DNA from: Nymphaea colorata
Lineage: Eukaryota
Length of the DNA stretch: 64,000 nt
NCBI RefSeq assembly: GCF_008831285.2
Contig: NC_045138.2
Coordinates: forward strand, 15,934,001 to 15,998,000
Direction of reading: 5' to 3'
Part shown: positions 40,775-54,900 of the stretch, one piece after another
Layout of the letters: the number at the start of each line of letters is the position of its first letter
Numbering within the stretch: the stretch's first letter is position 1
Position numbers and translations under genes: made by a program
Notes under the pieces: model-generated
What the model was told of the DNA's origin: nothing
Seen by the model: the letters and a program-made list of their open reading frames with translations, nothing else
The model's database searches: none

Positions 40775-43155
40775 AAGTCGAACTACCGGACTTTTGCTAA
40801 TCTGGCCAACAAAGTAACATGGTAGCAAAAAATGAAACTCGAACATTACCTGAAGGCCCTTGTTCTAACTCCTATCATGCCAAAGAGGCTTTAGCAGCGT
40901 AAAATCTCTTGTCGATCAGATGTTATGTAGACCTCTAGCTAAGACTATTGATCTTTTAAATTTCTCCTAAACCCAGTTTATACTTCAGATTTTACGTAAG
41001 TGTTTTTTTCTTAAACTTTTAGATATATAGAATTTATTTTATCTCCGATGTTGACACAGTCCAGAAACCCAAAAAACAGGAGGAATTTGTGCTCTTCTGT
41101 GGCCGGTGGGTCTCACCCAGAAATTTATTCATACGATGGGATTCATCAACATATCTTCTGTAACTCCCAAACAGACTGAATGATCATCATTATTTGTATA
41201 ATTATATTGGATCGAAAGCAGGCTACCAAAGGCAGCGAAGAGGAGGTTGGACAGACATTGAATGGCATTTTAATTTGCTGCAACTCCGGCGCAACAAGGT
41301 CCACAAACAGTCACGTCTTCACCGTCCGGCAGAAAAAATCCACCTGCCAACTTTGCCTTTCGCTTTCCAAATGCCTCCCCTGAACCCTCTCCCCCAACCT
41401 GAGATTTCTGACTTTCTTTGTTCTTGATCAGGCCCAGACCCCATTGCAGAAGGTCAAGGAAGCTTTCCTTCTCCTCCGCATTTCTTCGCCAACAAAGAAG
41501 ATCATCTTCTTTTTCCACACGCATCCAAGAGGCATCCACAACGGGTGACAAGTCAACCCACGCATCATTTGACGGAAATGGATAGAGAGAATCGGCACAT
41601 CTCGGCTGCAATGAATTGTCCGCTATCGGTTTTCTGAAAATCAATTTCTTATTTACTTTAAAAAAGGATTATTTATGTTCATTTTAGTAAATAATATCGT
41701 GAAGCGAGGAAAAACTGAGAAAATCAGTAGTTTTTAAGAGGAGCGGCACCATCATATGCCTTATCCGAGTCTTATTTTAGACTTTTGATTTCTTCATGTT
41801 CCAGTTCTGCTTAAGGAAACAAAATGTTTATTTTCAGAACAGAGTATTATTTCATGTCATTTTCGACATGGGTTTAGATCCCACCCAAATATATGTTTAT
41901 TGCAAATTAAAACGCAGCTGTTTCTGATATGTCGTGTAGAAGAAACTCGCAAAAAAAATTGGAAAAAAGAAACGAAATGCTTACATTTTTTCAACTGACC
42001 TGCTTAACACGCAACTTGTTGGCTAGCATGCTTATCCGCCTGTTGAAATTGAACTGAAGATAATCAGTGTAAGTTGTCCAATCAAATAGAGCAACAGCCT
42101 CACAATTGATACTTCAAATGTGTTTCTCAACAAAGAAACTGACAACTAAGACTTATCTTTTAGAGTTGGTACTTCTTATTGGATTGAATTATTGTGGTTC
42201 TTATGAGTTCTTATATTTAAGAATCCGTAACTTAACAGCAAAAAAAAAATTCATCTAATACATGATTTCCACTAAATAAACCATAGACCAGACATTCAAA
42301 AGCTTGAATTTGCAATCTTCTCTGAAATTTGGTAAGCTAATTGAGTTCATACTCGCGTATCAGGGACCCATGTGTGAGTGCACACATACCCACAGAACAT
42401 TTCCTGCAAAATTGTGAGTGGGGTGTGTTTATTAAAGTGGGCATTCACAACGAAACTGAACCACGAGCTAAAGACACCACGTGAACCCATGTGACTCATT
42501 AAATGTCATTCCTCATGGGCGACAACCTTGAAGTTTCTACAAATTAGAACAAAAAAAAGGTATGATGACGCTTGACAAGTTTCAACTTTCAAATATCGCT
42601 ACTTCAACAACTTCTTTACATTAATTTCAAAAAGCTGGAATATGACAACTTTAAAAATGCAAGCATAATCTGAATATAACGAGCCGAAGACGATGTATTT
42701 TTTCACAAACATCTTTGGGCTAGTCATGCTTGTAAATAATCAAAAACTGACATATCTTGCACACCTTGTGATATTATATGTGCTGATATTTCACGTAGAT
42801 CCTTGTCAACCAGAACCAGACTGACTTTATGATCTTATCTTCTCTTTTTTCGATATGTCTTGAGCAAAGGTTTTTCCTGTGGAGAAGATTTGTGATACAG
42901 TCTGTGGCTGGAAGCCCTTCCTGTAAGTCTCAACAAACGGTTCCTGAAGCAACAGAAGAGGAAAGACCAATTGACCAGCAGATGCCACATCCTTTCATGC
43001 AGCAAGGTGATATATTAACAGGAGGCAGTTGGGTCCACTGCTTTTTTCTGGTTGGAAATAACCTTCTGCTTTTTTTTTCTGACCCAGAATGACTCGGATC
43101 CCACACGGAAGGGAGCTGATGCTGACTCATTTCCCAGGCTACAGTAACTCCCAAT

Positions 43156-43228
43156 GGATAAGGATATAAAATAAAGGACCCACCATCCATGTGGCAGATC
43201 ACAGGAACCAGAAAACCAATTATAAAAA
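43156..43228 (+). promoter_or_regulatory. Core promoter of the DnaJ gene: I-box/GATA, G-box-like element, TATA
   Basis: GGATAAGGATA at about 43156, CCATGTGGC at about 43187 and TATAAAAA at about 43221, roughly 95 nt before the ATG. Confidence 0.45.
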
Positions 43229-43316
43229 TCCTTGCACCTCTTCTCCGCAACCTCCATTCTTCACAAATCTTCCCATCTTTCTGCCTCTCTGTGTCTGTGA
43301 AGTTAGTTTATGATCA

Positions 43317-43742
43317 ATGCTAGCAGGATCATCTCATGCGGTAGCCAGTTTCAGCTGGCCAGTCTCAAGGAAGAACAGCAGCAGATCTAGGCAGACGGTG
43401 CCAGCCGCATCTTGTTCAGCCACCGTTCCGCAGACATCTGCGCGTCTCAATCCAGCTGCATCCTTGTATGATGTTCTTGGACTCTCATGCAAGGCATCAG
43501 CCGATGATATCAAGGCAGCTTACAGAAGACTGGCTAGGACTTACCACCCTGATGTCGTAGCCTCTGACGATAAGAATGAGTCCACCTCCCACTTCATGGC
43601 GATCCATTGTGCATACTCCACACTGTCTGATCCTGAACAAAGAGCTGAATACGATAGAAAATTGTCTGCAAAGCGAACACCTTTTCGCACAAGCATCTAT
43701 GGCGGAAGCAGACGGACATGGGAGACAGATCAATGTTGGTGA
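43317..43742 (+). CDS. Chaperone DnaJ 11-like, chloroplastic small J-protein (141 aa)
   Basis: Ser/Arg/Ala-rich transit-peptide-like N-terminus. J-domain SLYDVLGL...IKAAYRRLARTYHPD...AYSTLSDPEQRAEYD. Family-diagnostic C-terminus RRTWETDQCW. Confidence 0.95.
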   Translation: MLAGSSHAVASFSWPVSRKNSSRSRQTVPAASCSATVPQTSARLNPAASLYDVLGLSCKASADDIKAAYRRLARTYHPDVVASDDKNESTSHFMAIHCAYSTLSDPEQRAEYDRKLSAKRTPFRTSIYGGSRRTWETDQCW

Positions 43743-45110
43743 TTCCCATGCTCCAATCATTATATGAGCAATCTTCATATGTCTCCTACTGGGCAAGTTC
43801 ATTAGAATAAAACCGACCTGGTTAAGCCCTAGATAACGTATACATTAATTCGTATGTGGACTTTTCAGTAGAAAAAAATTGGTACTTTTATTTCGGTGTT
43901 TTACGATTCCTAAATGCATTGTCATTGTTGTCTTTCTTGTCAGTATCATAAACAGCCTTCCTTCATGAATGCATTGTAAATAGCAGTGTACAATTGGCCT
44001 TGGACAAAATGGAGAAGGTATACTTTTATACCTTACAGCACAGATGCATTATTAAGATCCTGTTATGTGGTTCCAAGGCAGCACTTCTGTGTGTGTGTGT
44101 GTATATGTGAAAGAGCGAGAGAGAGAGAGGGTCTTGTTTGTTAGATTTAGCACTAACAGTCAGACCTAAGAATTCAGAAGTGTTTAAATTAATCTCTTAT
44201 CGAGCTAGCAGATCTTTTTACTGCTTAAATATGTAAACACACAAGTAGCGACTAAGTTTCCCGGTTTTACAACTCATGAACATCAGGATGCTTCAAAATA
44301 TTCCCATGGATAAAGTTAAACTTGCCTTTAAGACATAAAAGTAGTAATACAATCAGGGGCTCAGGTCCGGCGGTTCTCATTTCTACAATCGGGATTCAGC
44401 AAAGCGTGGGCTTATCACGATAAGTTACAGTATCTTCCCTTGAAAACATTTTTCCTTTGATGCTTCATAGCTTATTCAATTACAACATGTTCATTATACA
44501 TTACGTATATATCTAGACATACCTTTAAGAGTTTAAGGTGATCAATATCAGATGTTCACGTTTCCCCAAAAATCCTATGTGAGAAAACAATGTTTCTCGT
44601 CAGTTTGGTTCAATGAAAAGAAAGGGTAGTAAATGAACTTTCTTAAAGCTTTTACAAGAGCACTTTCAGCAAAAAACACACGCAAGCAAGCAGGTTTTAG
44701 GAGACGCAAGAATGGTCTTATTGTGCATATCTTGTTTGTGTAGCATAAATAACAGATAATTGAGAGAAATAGAGTAATCTTCCACGCCTTCCATTATAAC
44801 CAGCCAAAATTTATGGGATGCAATGCCAACCTACAACCGGAGAGGACCAAGATCAAATGTCCAAGGACACGGAAGAAACACACAGGTTCATAAACAGAGG
44901 AAATTCACGTATATGATGCAAATCATAAAGAATGACATGAGAAAATGGGTTCAAAAACAAAATCCAGGAAAATGTAACGATCATGTCTAAAGCCTATCGC
45001 TTGAGTGAAAAGAATTAAACAAAATTCTCTATTCTTAAAAGACCACAGAGTTCAACATTATTCAAAGATAGTTGGACAGGAACAGTTTCAAAAATCAAGA
45101 ACATGTTTTC

Positions 45111-47535
45111 CTAGGAACTCAAGTACTTGTCAATTATTTTCACGAGAACTGATTTGGGAACAGCTCCGATGACCGATTCTTTCTTCTCTCCATTTCTGAA
45201 CAATAAAACAGTGGGGATGCTCCGAACACCATAATCAGTTGCAATTTGAGGACTGTCATCGGTATTGAGCTTAAAACATTTGAGTTTCCCAACATACTGC
45301 TTTGCCACTTCATCAATAATTGGTTGAATCATCCGGCAAGGACCACACCAAGGTGCCCAGAATTCAACCAAAACGGGAAGATCATTCTCAAGGACCGTAG
45401 CATTCCAAGTGGACTCTGTAACTGCAGTAGCTGCAAAATGATAATCCAGTTTAAGTGAATAGCGGCTCATACTAAAAAAACTAGCAATAAATTCATCCCA
45501 TTAAAGAAACTAAAAAAGGTAATTGTGTTGAGTGTGTTGCAAACTTTTAATCAAAAGGCATATCATATCCAAAACTTCCAGCCATGTTCAAGAAGATAAG
45601 ATTCTCATCTTGCTAGCATATGTTCATGCCTTATTATGTTTAAACTATAAAGAACATACTTTTTTTCTTTCGGAAGGCATGTGCAACCACCCGTTCTTGT
45701 TTCGGCAGTGGCAAAAATCCAAGATTAGGCCAAAGACTCTTGCTGAACATATACAATTCACCACACGTTTGAAAACAGTCACACAGGTTTTCTCCTCATT
45801 GCAACTGTCACTCTGACTTACACAAAAAGCATCATCATGTGTTCATCCGTCATAACTTCCTTTTAGAAAAATAACGTGAAGACACTATATCACATTCTCT
45901 TGCGACCTAAAACACAGTCGTATTTGTCCAAGATCTAGACTAAAATATGCTTTACCTTACTTCACCACCCAGCTCAACTGAGTTGAATCTCGTTCCCATT
46001 TATGTACAAACACACACGCGCACACACACACACATACACAGGCCATACATGCTCTCGCCCAGAAGAGAAGTGGTAAATTTAATGAAATTGTGGACTGAAC
46101 GGTTCCACAATCGTTAAAAAAAAAAATCTTGGAGAAGACCACACCAAGCCTCTCACTGTGCTACATTAGATTTGATTTGATTTCAGAAATGACCACTCAG
46201 TGGACCAACATTTATTGTCTGGCTTTTTCAGATTCCCTACCTACTATAACTCCTTCGGTAGACGTATAGCCATGTACAGGACTGCTTCGCTCTAGCAAGG
46301 GGGGGATGCGACCAGAAATAGAAAGAGAACACCATTATCCTGAACACGTCAAGTGCTGTAGAGTCGTAGACTGCACAAAGTGCATAAGAGGGCGTTGTAG
46401 ACTGCACAAATAGCAAAACTTACAGATATATATATATATATATGACGACTCCGACAACCACAGTATTGAGAATCTGAACCATTGTTCAGTGTTCAGCGAA
46501 CAATAAGAAGAATCCCAGAAAGGAAAAGCAGACACTTCTGAACCACCACGCTAGCAGAGATTGAAACAGCAAAACCTTCAAAAGGAGAAACCCCAAAGTC
46601 AGAGGGGCGAAGAAGATGGCAGGATTCACGCAAATGCATTTCACATCTCTATAAAGAAATTACTACACCGTTCCACCGTACTATTCCTTTAAAACAGACC
46701 TGGTCCATTACGGATCGAAATATACTTATCTACAAGAGAAGAAATCAAATCCAGGATTAGTGAGATACGCCTATGGAACCTGGCTCCCTACTCGTGATCA
46801 CTTCATCGCCTGGAAAGCAAAAAATCTGTGCGTTGCTGGAAGAAAAAATCATGTGGTACAGAAGATGACTACAGAAGATGAAACATCATTGTCGTAGATT
46901 GACTACAGAAGATGGACAGAGATCAGGAACAGAGCGACACACAGACACAGAGGATATTGTCAAACAATGAAGGAGCAAGAACCATAGGAACGATCGTCAT
47001 AGTTCATCCTTGAATATGTTTGCATTTAGACTGCCAAAGCACACAACCACGCCACGATATCAAGAAAAATCAACTGCAACCTACAAACCCGCCCCCCCCC
47101 CCCCCCCCTCTTCTTTACAGCATGCACAACGATTTTTAAGATCAAAATAATAGCCAATAGTGAAACCCAAAAAATGCTCCGACTCGAGCAACAAACATGA
47201 CCCCAGAGTTCTGTATCAAGTTTTAAGCAATCAAACGCCAAATCGAAACAAAAGGATCAAGAACCAACAAAGATGAAAATCAAAAGGGAACTACCTTGCG
47301 CCTCGCAGACGATCCTCCCCGACTTACATTTCTGAGACATAAATCGGCAATTCCTGGTGACCAAATCGGAAACGAACAACCCAGAAGGTGCACTTTGGCG
47401 AGCAAAGGAGACACTTCTGCCACTGCCCACCATTCGTCGACACAAAAGAGGAGATGAGAGGAGACGGCAGGAGAGAGGCCTCCTCACCGGCGACGACAAG
47501 GAGAGGGGTGAATTCATGGCCATCCCCACCACCAT
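45111..47535 (-). CDS. Thioredoxin m-type, chloroplastic (186 aa, 2 exons)
   Basis: Exon 47535-47295 encodes a transit peptide ending IVCEAQ; exon 45430-45111 completes it (561 nt in total). Motifs [37 protein letters not shown] and IGAVPKS. The start could be ATG 47535, 47523 or 47517. Confidence 0.95.
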
Positions 47536-50156
47536 GACAGGGAGAAAAGATGAAGAAGATGAAAACTGATGGATACTTCAATTTGGTTGCCGCGCAATCA
47601 GAAGCATTGGAGATGACTAGGACATGGGATGATCTGATTCAAGCAGAAAGTTTTTTATCAAACATAACACGATGGTCAAGCGCCTCATTTCACGCTCCCT
47701 GATAGCTTTATTCTATTTATAAACTTGTACATAATTGATTGACCGTCTTTTCCACCTAACATCATGCTCACAAGAGGATTCGCTGCTTTAATCCAAATCA
47801 TTAACTTGGACCAAATACTCGACTACTGTCCCCGCATAAAAACAAAGTTCAGCAGCTGAGATTTACAACTGTGATCAGGTCGCCATTGATTGGAGGCTCC
47901 CAGCAAAGAAGGCCCATCTTTCTGATTACCCAAAACAAGTGTTTCCACGACCAAATGGCCCTCAAAAGTAAAAAATATGGCAACCTAATCTTCACCCACT
48001 AATGCCCATTTGGTATATAAGCATCTTTAGTGCACTACCATCAGAGCCCCCAAACAAGTAAATTAAGAAATAATTTTCAAATGATTAAACTAACCCATCA
48101 GAATTTTGGCTTCTTAAAACTACTTTTGAAAGGACAAACCACTTGATTATATTGATCAAATGAGCCATTCATTTGTTCACAGGAATCCTCATACTTTGGT
48201 GGCCTTTTATATTCCACTACCCATAAATTCCATACCAGCTGATTCAAGGGCGTCATGCATCAAATTATCACCTTTCAATTTTCTCATTTTAGACATGTTT
48301 GAAATTATTTTTATATTTGAAGTTATATGTAACATTATTGTCCTGCCAATTCATATCCAAGTAGCTGATGAGCCAAATAGTTGGATCGTCAGCCTGAGCA
48401 ATTCAATTCAATACCCAAATTAAATAGCAACGGCTTGGGTTCAATTTCACGCAATGTTGAGTTGCTCAATACGGTATATTGAAACCAGACCTGCTCAAAA
48501 CAAGGGTTGAATAAGAAAGCCATCCTAGGGTAACCTTTCATGACAAATTCTTCTCAAAGTTCAGCATGGTTGATTAAAAGAAGATCGACAGGAACAAAGA
48601 TTTAATTGTAGAGCCATCACTAGGAACGCACGTCAACTATTTGTACAAAGACAATCCAAATGCAAAGGTTAATAGAATTTAATTCAAAGTGAAAGAAACT
48701 AACACACCAAAACCACATACAACGCATAATCACAAAAAATATAGTGCAATCACTGCGACTTTTTGGTCTTGACTAGGAACCCCCGAAAGATTCATCTTTT
48801 CTAATACGATTTAGGGGAAATAGACGCCTTTTTAGCTGTAGAATCTTTTCTAGAGAAATTTCTCCTGCATCGTCTTACACCCGCTGGGCCCCGGCCGAAA
48901 CAAGGAAAGTTACTTCCACGAACTGCTCCGTGCCAGGGGTGGAGAACAGCCTCAGAAATTGAATAAGCAGAACTCTTGAATTCCGAGAACGACGAATATG
49001 ATCTTTGGGATTCAACTGTCACAAACAGCAGTCGACGTACAAAATCCATGAGATTCAAAGCAAAAATATGCCCTCGGAGCGTTGATATTGCATTAGCAAT
49101 ATGGGAAGACAATACAAGGTTACGATTAACTTTCACTGCCCGCTGCAGCTCCCTTATGAAAGAAGTAGAAAAAGAAAAAAAAAAAAAGTTGATTCAGTGT
49201 AGAAACAAGTAGGAAATCTGAACGCTTGTATATGACTAAACCACCCATCAAACCATATCATTCCAGATGTGAAACGTAAATAAAAACTTCGGGAAAGAAA
49301 ATGATGAATGACAAATGGAGAGGACAAATTTGACATGGTTCTACTCTAAGGGCCTACATCCATGGAAAGTTTCCAAATTTGCTTCAATTCGAAAATGAAA
49401 CTGAAATGTACAATAATTGTGTTTCAGCAGAAGACAGACAACCCACTAATCTTACATTACAAAGCGCTAGAACCCGCAACCTTCCCACAGATTGATTTCC
49501 GTCGTGAATTTTTTCTATTGCAATGTAATAATGAGAGAAATCACAACAAGATCGCACAAAGAAATCAATTATAATGATCTATGTGGACATTTGTCAGCTA
49601 TGCAGACATTAAGTTATCCTGCGCAGCGTAAACTAGTGCCAAAAAACTCAGAGAACGTGCCCAAGGAGAGAATATGTTAAGAGAAGGATATAAAACTCAT
49701 ATCAATTTATCAACGCCAACAACATTTTGGTTTCAGAGTAATAGAGGAAGCAACCTAACATAAACTCAGAAGCAGAAGATGATGCCCAACGTAAACCATT
49801 TCCAGTCAAATGACTGTTTACAGTACAAATATAATCACACACTTCATTAGTTTACACTTAAAACAGATCAGCTTGCACATGTTGAAACATTGATAACATG
49901 AGCAGAATCATACAACATCCACAAGAAAACCTTAAAGTTAGAACAAGTTAGAGAGAGAAAGAGAACCCATCACAAAAACATCGTCTCCCCACTTTGACAT
50001 GCCACTCTGAAAAAAATTGGTCTACGGTATCGCATGTAATCTTCCGACTTCTTTCAATACTATGCTACAAGATGCGCTATGTTACACCTGCAAAAAAAAA
50101 TCAAGTAGATAAATATTTATTTATTCCTTTACAGCAACCATGCTTCTTGTGTAAAA

Positions 50157-50466
50157 AAGGGTTATGCCAATGGGTCGAACTTGGGTTAGATGCAAGGCCT
50201 TACTGAGGCAGACCTAATTGCATCTGGTTTAAAAGGATTACATGATTTCCGGGGTTGAATTCTGATCCCACTATTTTATGATACAATTTTCACATGTAAA
50301 TGGGTCAAACAGGACTCAGATTTGGACCTCGACACAAACTTATATACCAATCTGGATCAGATTCGTAAATCAAATATTTTTCTTTTACTTGTTGAAAGTT
50401 GAAACCAAATGAACCAGTATTCAAATTGGTAAGCATATCTGAGCCTCTGACCCGTTGATATCCCTA
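50157..50466. mobile_element. Degenerate hAT-like MITE
   Basis: Right end GACCCGTTGATATCCCTA (reverse complement TAGGGATATCAACGGGTC) resembles the left end AGGGGTTATGCCAATGGGTC. Internal GGATC/GGGTC repeats. Confidence 0.45.
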
Positions 50467-51990
50467 TCCCTAGGGCTGGAAAACAAGCATACCTTGACAA
50501 GATTATACAATTTGCAGATTACTGCTTGAAGAAAATTGTTAAAGCATATTGTACACCACAGGCGACAAAAAAATGGGAAGGAATCCAGATGATGAGGAAC
50601 TGCCGATAGTTCTTAGTAGATAGTTGATCAGATCCATGAAAACTGTCATGCAGTTTCTAATGCCACTAGAGCGGACACTGCACAGAATGAAAATAAATAC
50701 TATATCAACAAATTTGCAACGATTAATATTTCCATTGAGTTTAACATTAGTTGGTATTACACTAATGAAATTTATAGATCTTCATCCATTTTTCATCATC
50801 ATTTCCAGTGCAAAGATTAGGACACATCATAGGCTTCCAAACATATACATAAGCAGAATAAGTTTCCAAATGAACGAAAAAGAGTGGACATTACGTGTGG
50901 ATTCTGTAGAAGAACAAACGCACCAGTTGATAAACTTGGCAGCTTGTCCAAAGCGGTCATGTCCACAGGTGGTAAACCAGCCATTAAAGCGCAAAAAGAA
51001 AATGATAACATGTTCTTTGTTTTATTCTCCTTGGCTATGTCATGAAGTTTGCCTTCTAATTGTAAAATGCAGTACAAATGCTTAGTAACAATTATCTCCA
51101 AATGAAGGTCCCTTTGAATAACTTTTTTTATCATCATTTCGCAACTTTTATGGACCAAAAATAAAATGGACTAGCTTGATCATTGGTGAAAGGTACTAGC
51201 AAATAGTATCACTGAACAGAAATGCCTGGCATCTCATGAAAGACTTCCAGTCTATCATCACTACCAAAGAAAAAGCCTTGACATTTGGTTCTCCAAAAAT
51301 ATATCATTCCAAGATAAGCCTATGCCTTAATTCGGTTGCTGATCCTGTTTTCTTCATTGCCCTCAAGAGAATGATTTTCTATGAAAAATATAGAGAAATT
51401 AACGGAACTCTTATAAGTTGAAAAATGAAAATAAAAAGATAGTATTCATGAAGCGAAAGGGCTTTTAAAATGCTCCATGCAAAAATATAAACAAAAATTA
51501 AAAGTGTCTTCTACATATAAAATTAAGAAAATAATGCTTAATATATATTTAAATTACAAAAGAAATGCAGACATAACATGACATTATCAGGATACATAAA
51601 TACATACATTTTTATGACATTTTGAAAATATTGCTTTGGGGATATTATTTCACCAAAATTTTTACAGTATAAGTGACATTTTCAAAAGTTTGGAAACTGA
51701 TGACTACGCATTAACTATAACAACAACCATATTGTTTGCATAGATGATCACAAATATCATTTGATTCACCATCATTTGACATCTTGCCCATACCAAGTGC
51801 AGATACTAACATTTTTTTTTTATTGAAACATTTTTAAGAAAGATAAAAAATGAATTTGTGCTTCAGAAATCTTCAAACAGTTTAATGGCAGTAATGAAGA
51901 CTAAAAACCACACAAACAATTGACAAAAACCAATGTCATAAACTACTTTATTTGCATTTGTTGGCGCAAGAAGTTAATCCAGTTGAATTT

Positions 51991-54900
51991 TCACCAGCTG
52001 ACCTGAAAATCACGCACTGTGACGAAATCCCAACGTTCTTTTCTCATATCTAAAACTTCTTTGTCTCCATCGTCATATAATATCTGCCACAAAATTTTAC
52101 GGTAGAGACATCATTTTTTTCCAACATCCTATAGAATAAGTTACAAAAGGAAAAAACACCAAAAATGTAGCATTCGAACAAACAAGAAATCAAGATTAGC
52201 CACACATAATGGACATTCATTACTCACTGTGTGTTTTTTGTTCTTTGCATTATAGGCTGATATTTTCCCTTTATAGAATCTGCAATTTTCACGCTACAGT
52301 AATTAAATAATGCAACGGAAAGCAGCATTCATAAAAGACAAAGAAGGCTCAAATCTAACATTTCATAAGATGAATGAATAGCACTCACCTCCACCAAATA
52401 ACTTCTCAAAAAATACAGATTTAAAACAAAAAATCGACTGTTATTACTGCAATTGTGAAAAATGCACAATTATATTCAAGTATATTCATCATAAGGCCCA
52501 CCTTTGAGAAAACAGCCTAATAGGCTAATATCTACTTTCCAGAAAATACAACATTCTTCAAGGCATCGGTGATGAAAAAGTTACTTAGCTATTATAAAGT
52601 CGAGATGGTTTACAAAAAATATTGAGATGGGAACAAAACAAGGAATCTCAAGGACAAATTACACAATACATACATTATCAGTTTATACATGATTTTTCAC
52701 TTCAACTGGGTTTAACAATGAACAACATGATAAGGAGCATCACATTGCAATAAACAGAAGCCATGCAACTTGAAACAAAAGAACTAATAATTTCAAAGTT
52801 GAAACTAGGCTGCAAAGATAATAGATACATCAACTTTTGAATCCCAACAAAAACATATCAGAATTTAGCCCAACAGAGAGAAACAATTTTATTTTTCAAT
52901 GATGACTGAAGTAGAAAAATTAGACAACCATTGCATAAAAATTGGCAGTAGGATGGTAGTCATTGAATCATTTAATCACACCTTTTGTCTTCTGGCCACC
53001 ATACTTTCACACGTAGACCAATGCAGTCCCCTCTCCGCTTAATGGAGTGGCCATTAAGAAATCTTCCTGGATTATCAGAAAATAGAAGAAACACATAGAA
53101 AAGGGAAGGAGAGGAGGAAGAATCAGATGTCTGAATAGTGAAAATAACTGTTGAAGCAATGCACAAGGAGGCAAGCTTACCACTAGATATTTCTCCAGCA
53201 GGCCAATCCTATGCAACAGAAAAATGGCAGTCAATTTATTGTCAACAGGCATGAACTAAGAGCAAACACAAACAGTAATAGTAAATGGAACCATAAAAGC
53301 CAGTTTTCCATATCCAACACATTATTACCCCACTGAATAATAAGCTAGAAGTAAATTCTAGAATAAATTACACTTTATCACCTGTAGACTTTCACTATGT
53401 TATTCTATACCTTTTATTATATGGCCGAAGGGAAGGACAAATTAATTCAAGGCTCTCCAGCGAACATGAAAGGAAAGTATCCATACAGCACTCTTTTAAC
53501 AGTGCCTAGAGGGAAGAGTGGCTCAGCTTGTCTGCATTGAATTTCTTCACAAGGACTATACTTCATGGAGGCCTCAAAAACGTTAGGGTCTTGTCACCTC
53601 CCCATGCTACCCCCATTTATATTTTTATTAATTGCAAGCTAAACTACTCAACACAAAGCAATTTGGGGACTTGCACCACCTTCATTTCCCTACGTAGTCA
53701 GTTTCCTTGCCCATATGTTAATATCTTTGACTTGCATATCTTAGACTTAATTCACACTACTATTGCACTTAAGTGTGCAACGTGAGACACATCTGCATTA
53801 AGATTAGCAGTGAAACCTTTAATGATATGTTACTGTTCAATAAACAAATGGCACAATACATTTTGTCTTATTTTCCACCAAAATAACCAAATTCGATTAC
53901 TTGAAGTGGAGAAAGGGATGCCCACCAAGGATTTACACTTTGCAACCAAGATGTTTCAGAGTATCTCTTAAAGGAATCAGCGTCCATAAAAGGGCACCAT
54001 CAAGAGAGGCCATTTTATGGTTACAACTTGGTAGCAGAAAGGGATGAAAAGGACTTTCAGAGAAACTAGAGAAGCAGGAAAAATGAAGGATAACTAATTA
54101 ACAGTCAATAAGAGGCTGTGAAATTATCAAGAGGATGGTATTTTTGATGAGAAGCTCAAGAGCTTATGTCATTTAAACTTTCAGTTAGAGGACCTTTTTT
54201 CTTTCTCTCTTTTTCCCAACATTATTTTTCTGCCAGGCAGTTCATTTGAGAATGGTTAGCCCTTCCCCACCCACAGATGCCAGACCTAGTTTCCTTCAAA
54301 TTCCATAGAAATGCTAACTATTGGAAGCCGAGCCCTAAAAGGCACAGATTTGTGGGGTTAAAGGCTAATGGCCATCAAGAACACCAGCAACTCCTTTTCA
54401 AGCTTGGTTCCTGTTATAGCACGAGTTTTATTTTAACTTGTAAGTTCATTATGAATAGTGAAGTGCCATCCTTAAAGAATGTATTATCTATGATTGACTA
54501 GGCCTGTGTAAGAGAATAAAGAATTTAAACATTAAGAACAGATTATTTGAAAAAAAAAAAGGCCGTATGGAGAAGACTATATAGATTGGATGGAGCGTGA
54601 AAATGAATATGTAAAGGTTCTTTAAAAGTCCAAACAACTTCAAAAGGCTTGACCAGCCACCTTCCAACTAGTAATTAGGTCAACTCGGTATGCTGTCGGT
54701 GAGCTGTAGATTTTCACAATAGCAACATGGGTTTAGGAGATCAACAGTTAACGTAAGGAAAGCAGTTTGACTGTTTGAGATGTTGCCCTGAATGTTCTTG
54801 ACACTCGTCTCATCCTACATCACTTAAATCAACTCATCCTATATCCACCAGATGATTGGTTTAAATTATCTCTCATCAAGATTTTGAACAGACATCAGGG

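Noticed and set aside
48801..49136. 111-aa minus-strand ORF as a separate gene or ASHH3 terminal coding exon
   Set aside because: GTG start, no recognisable motif, and upstream in-frame stops in the plausible splice paths. More likely UTR.
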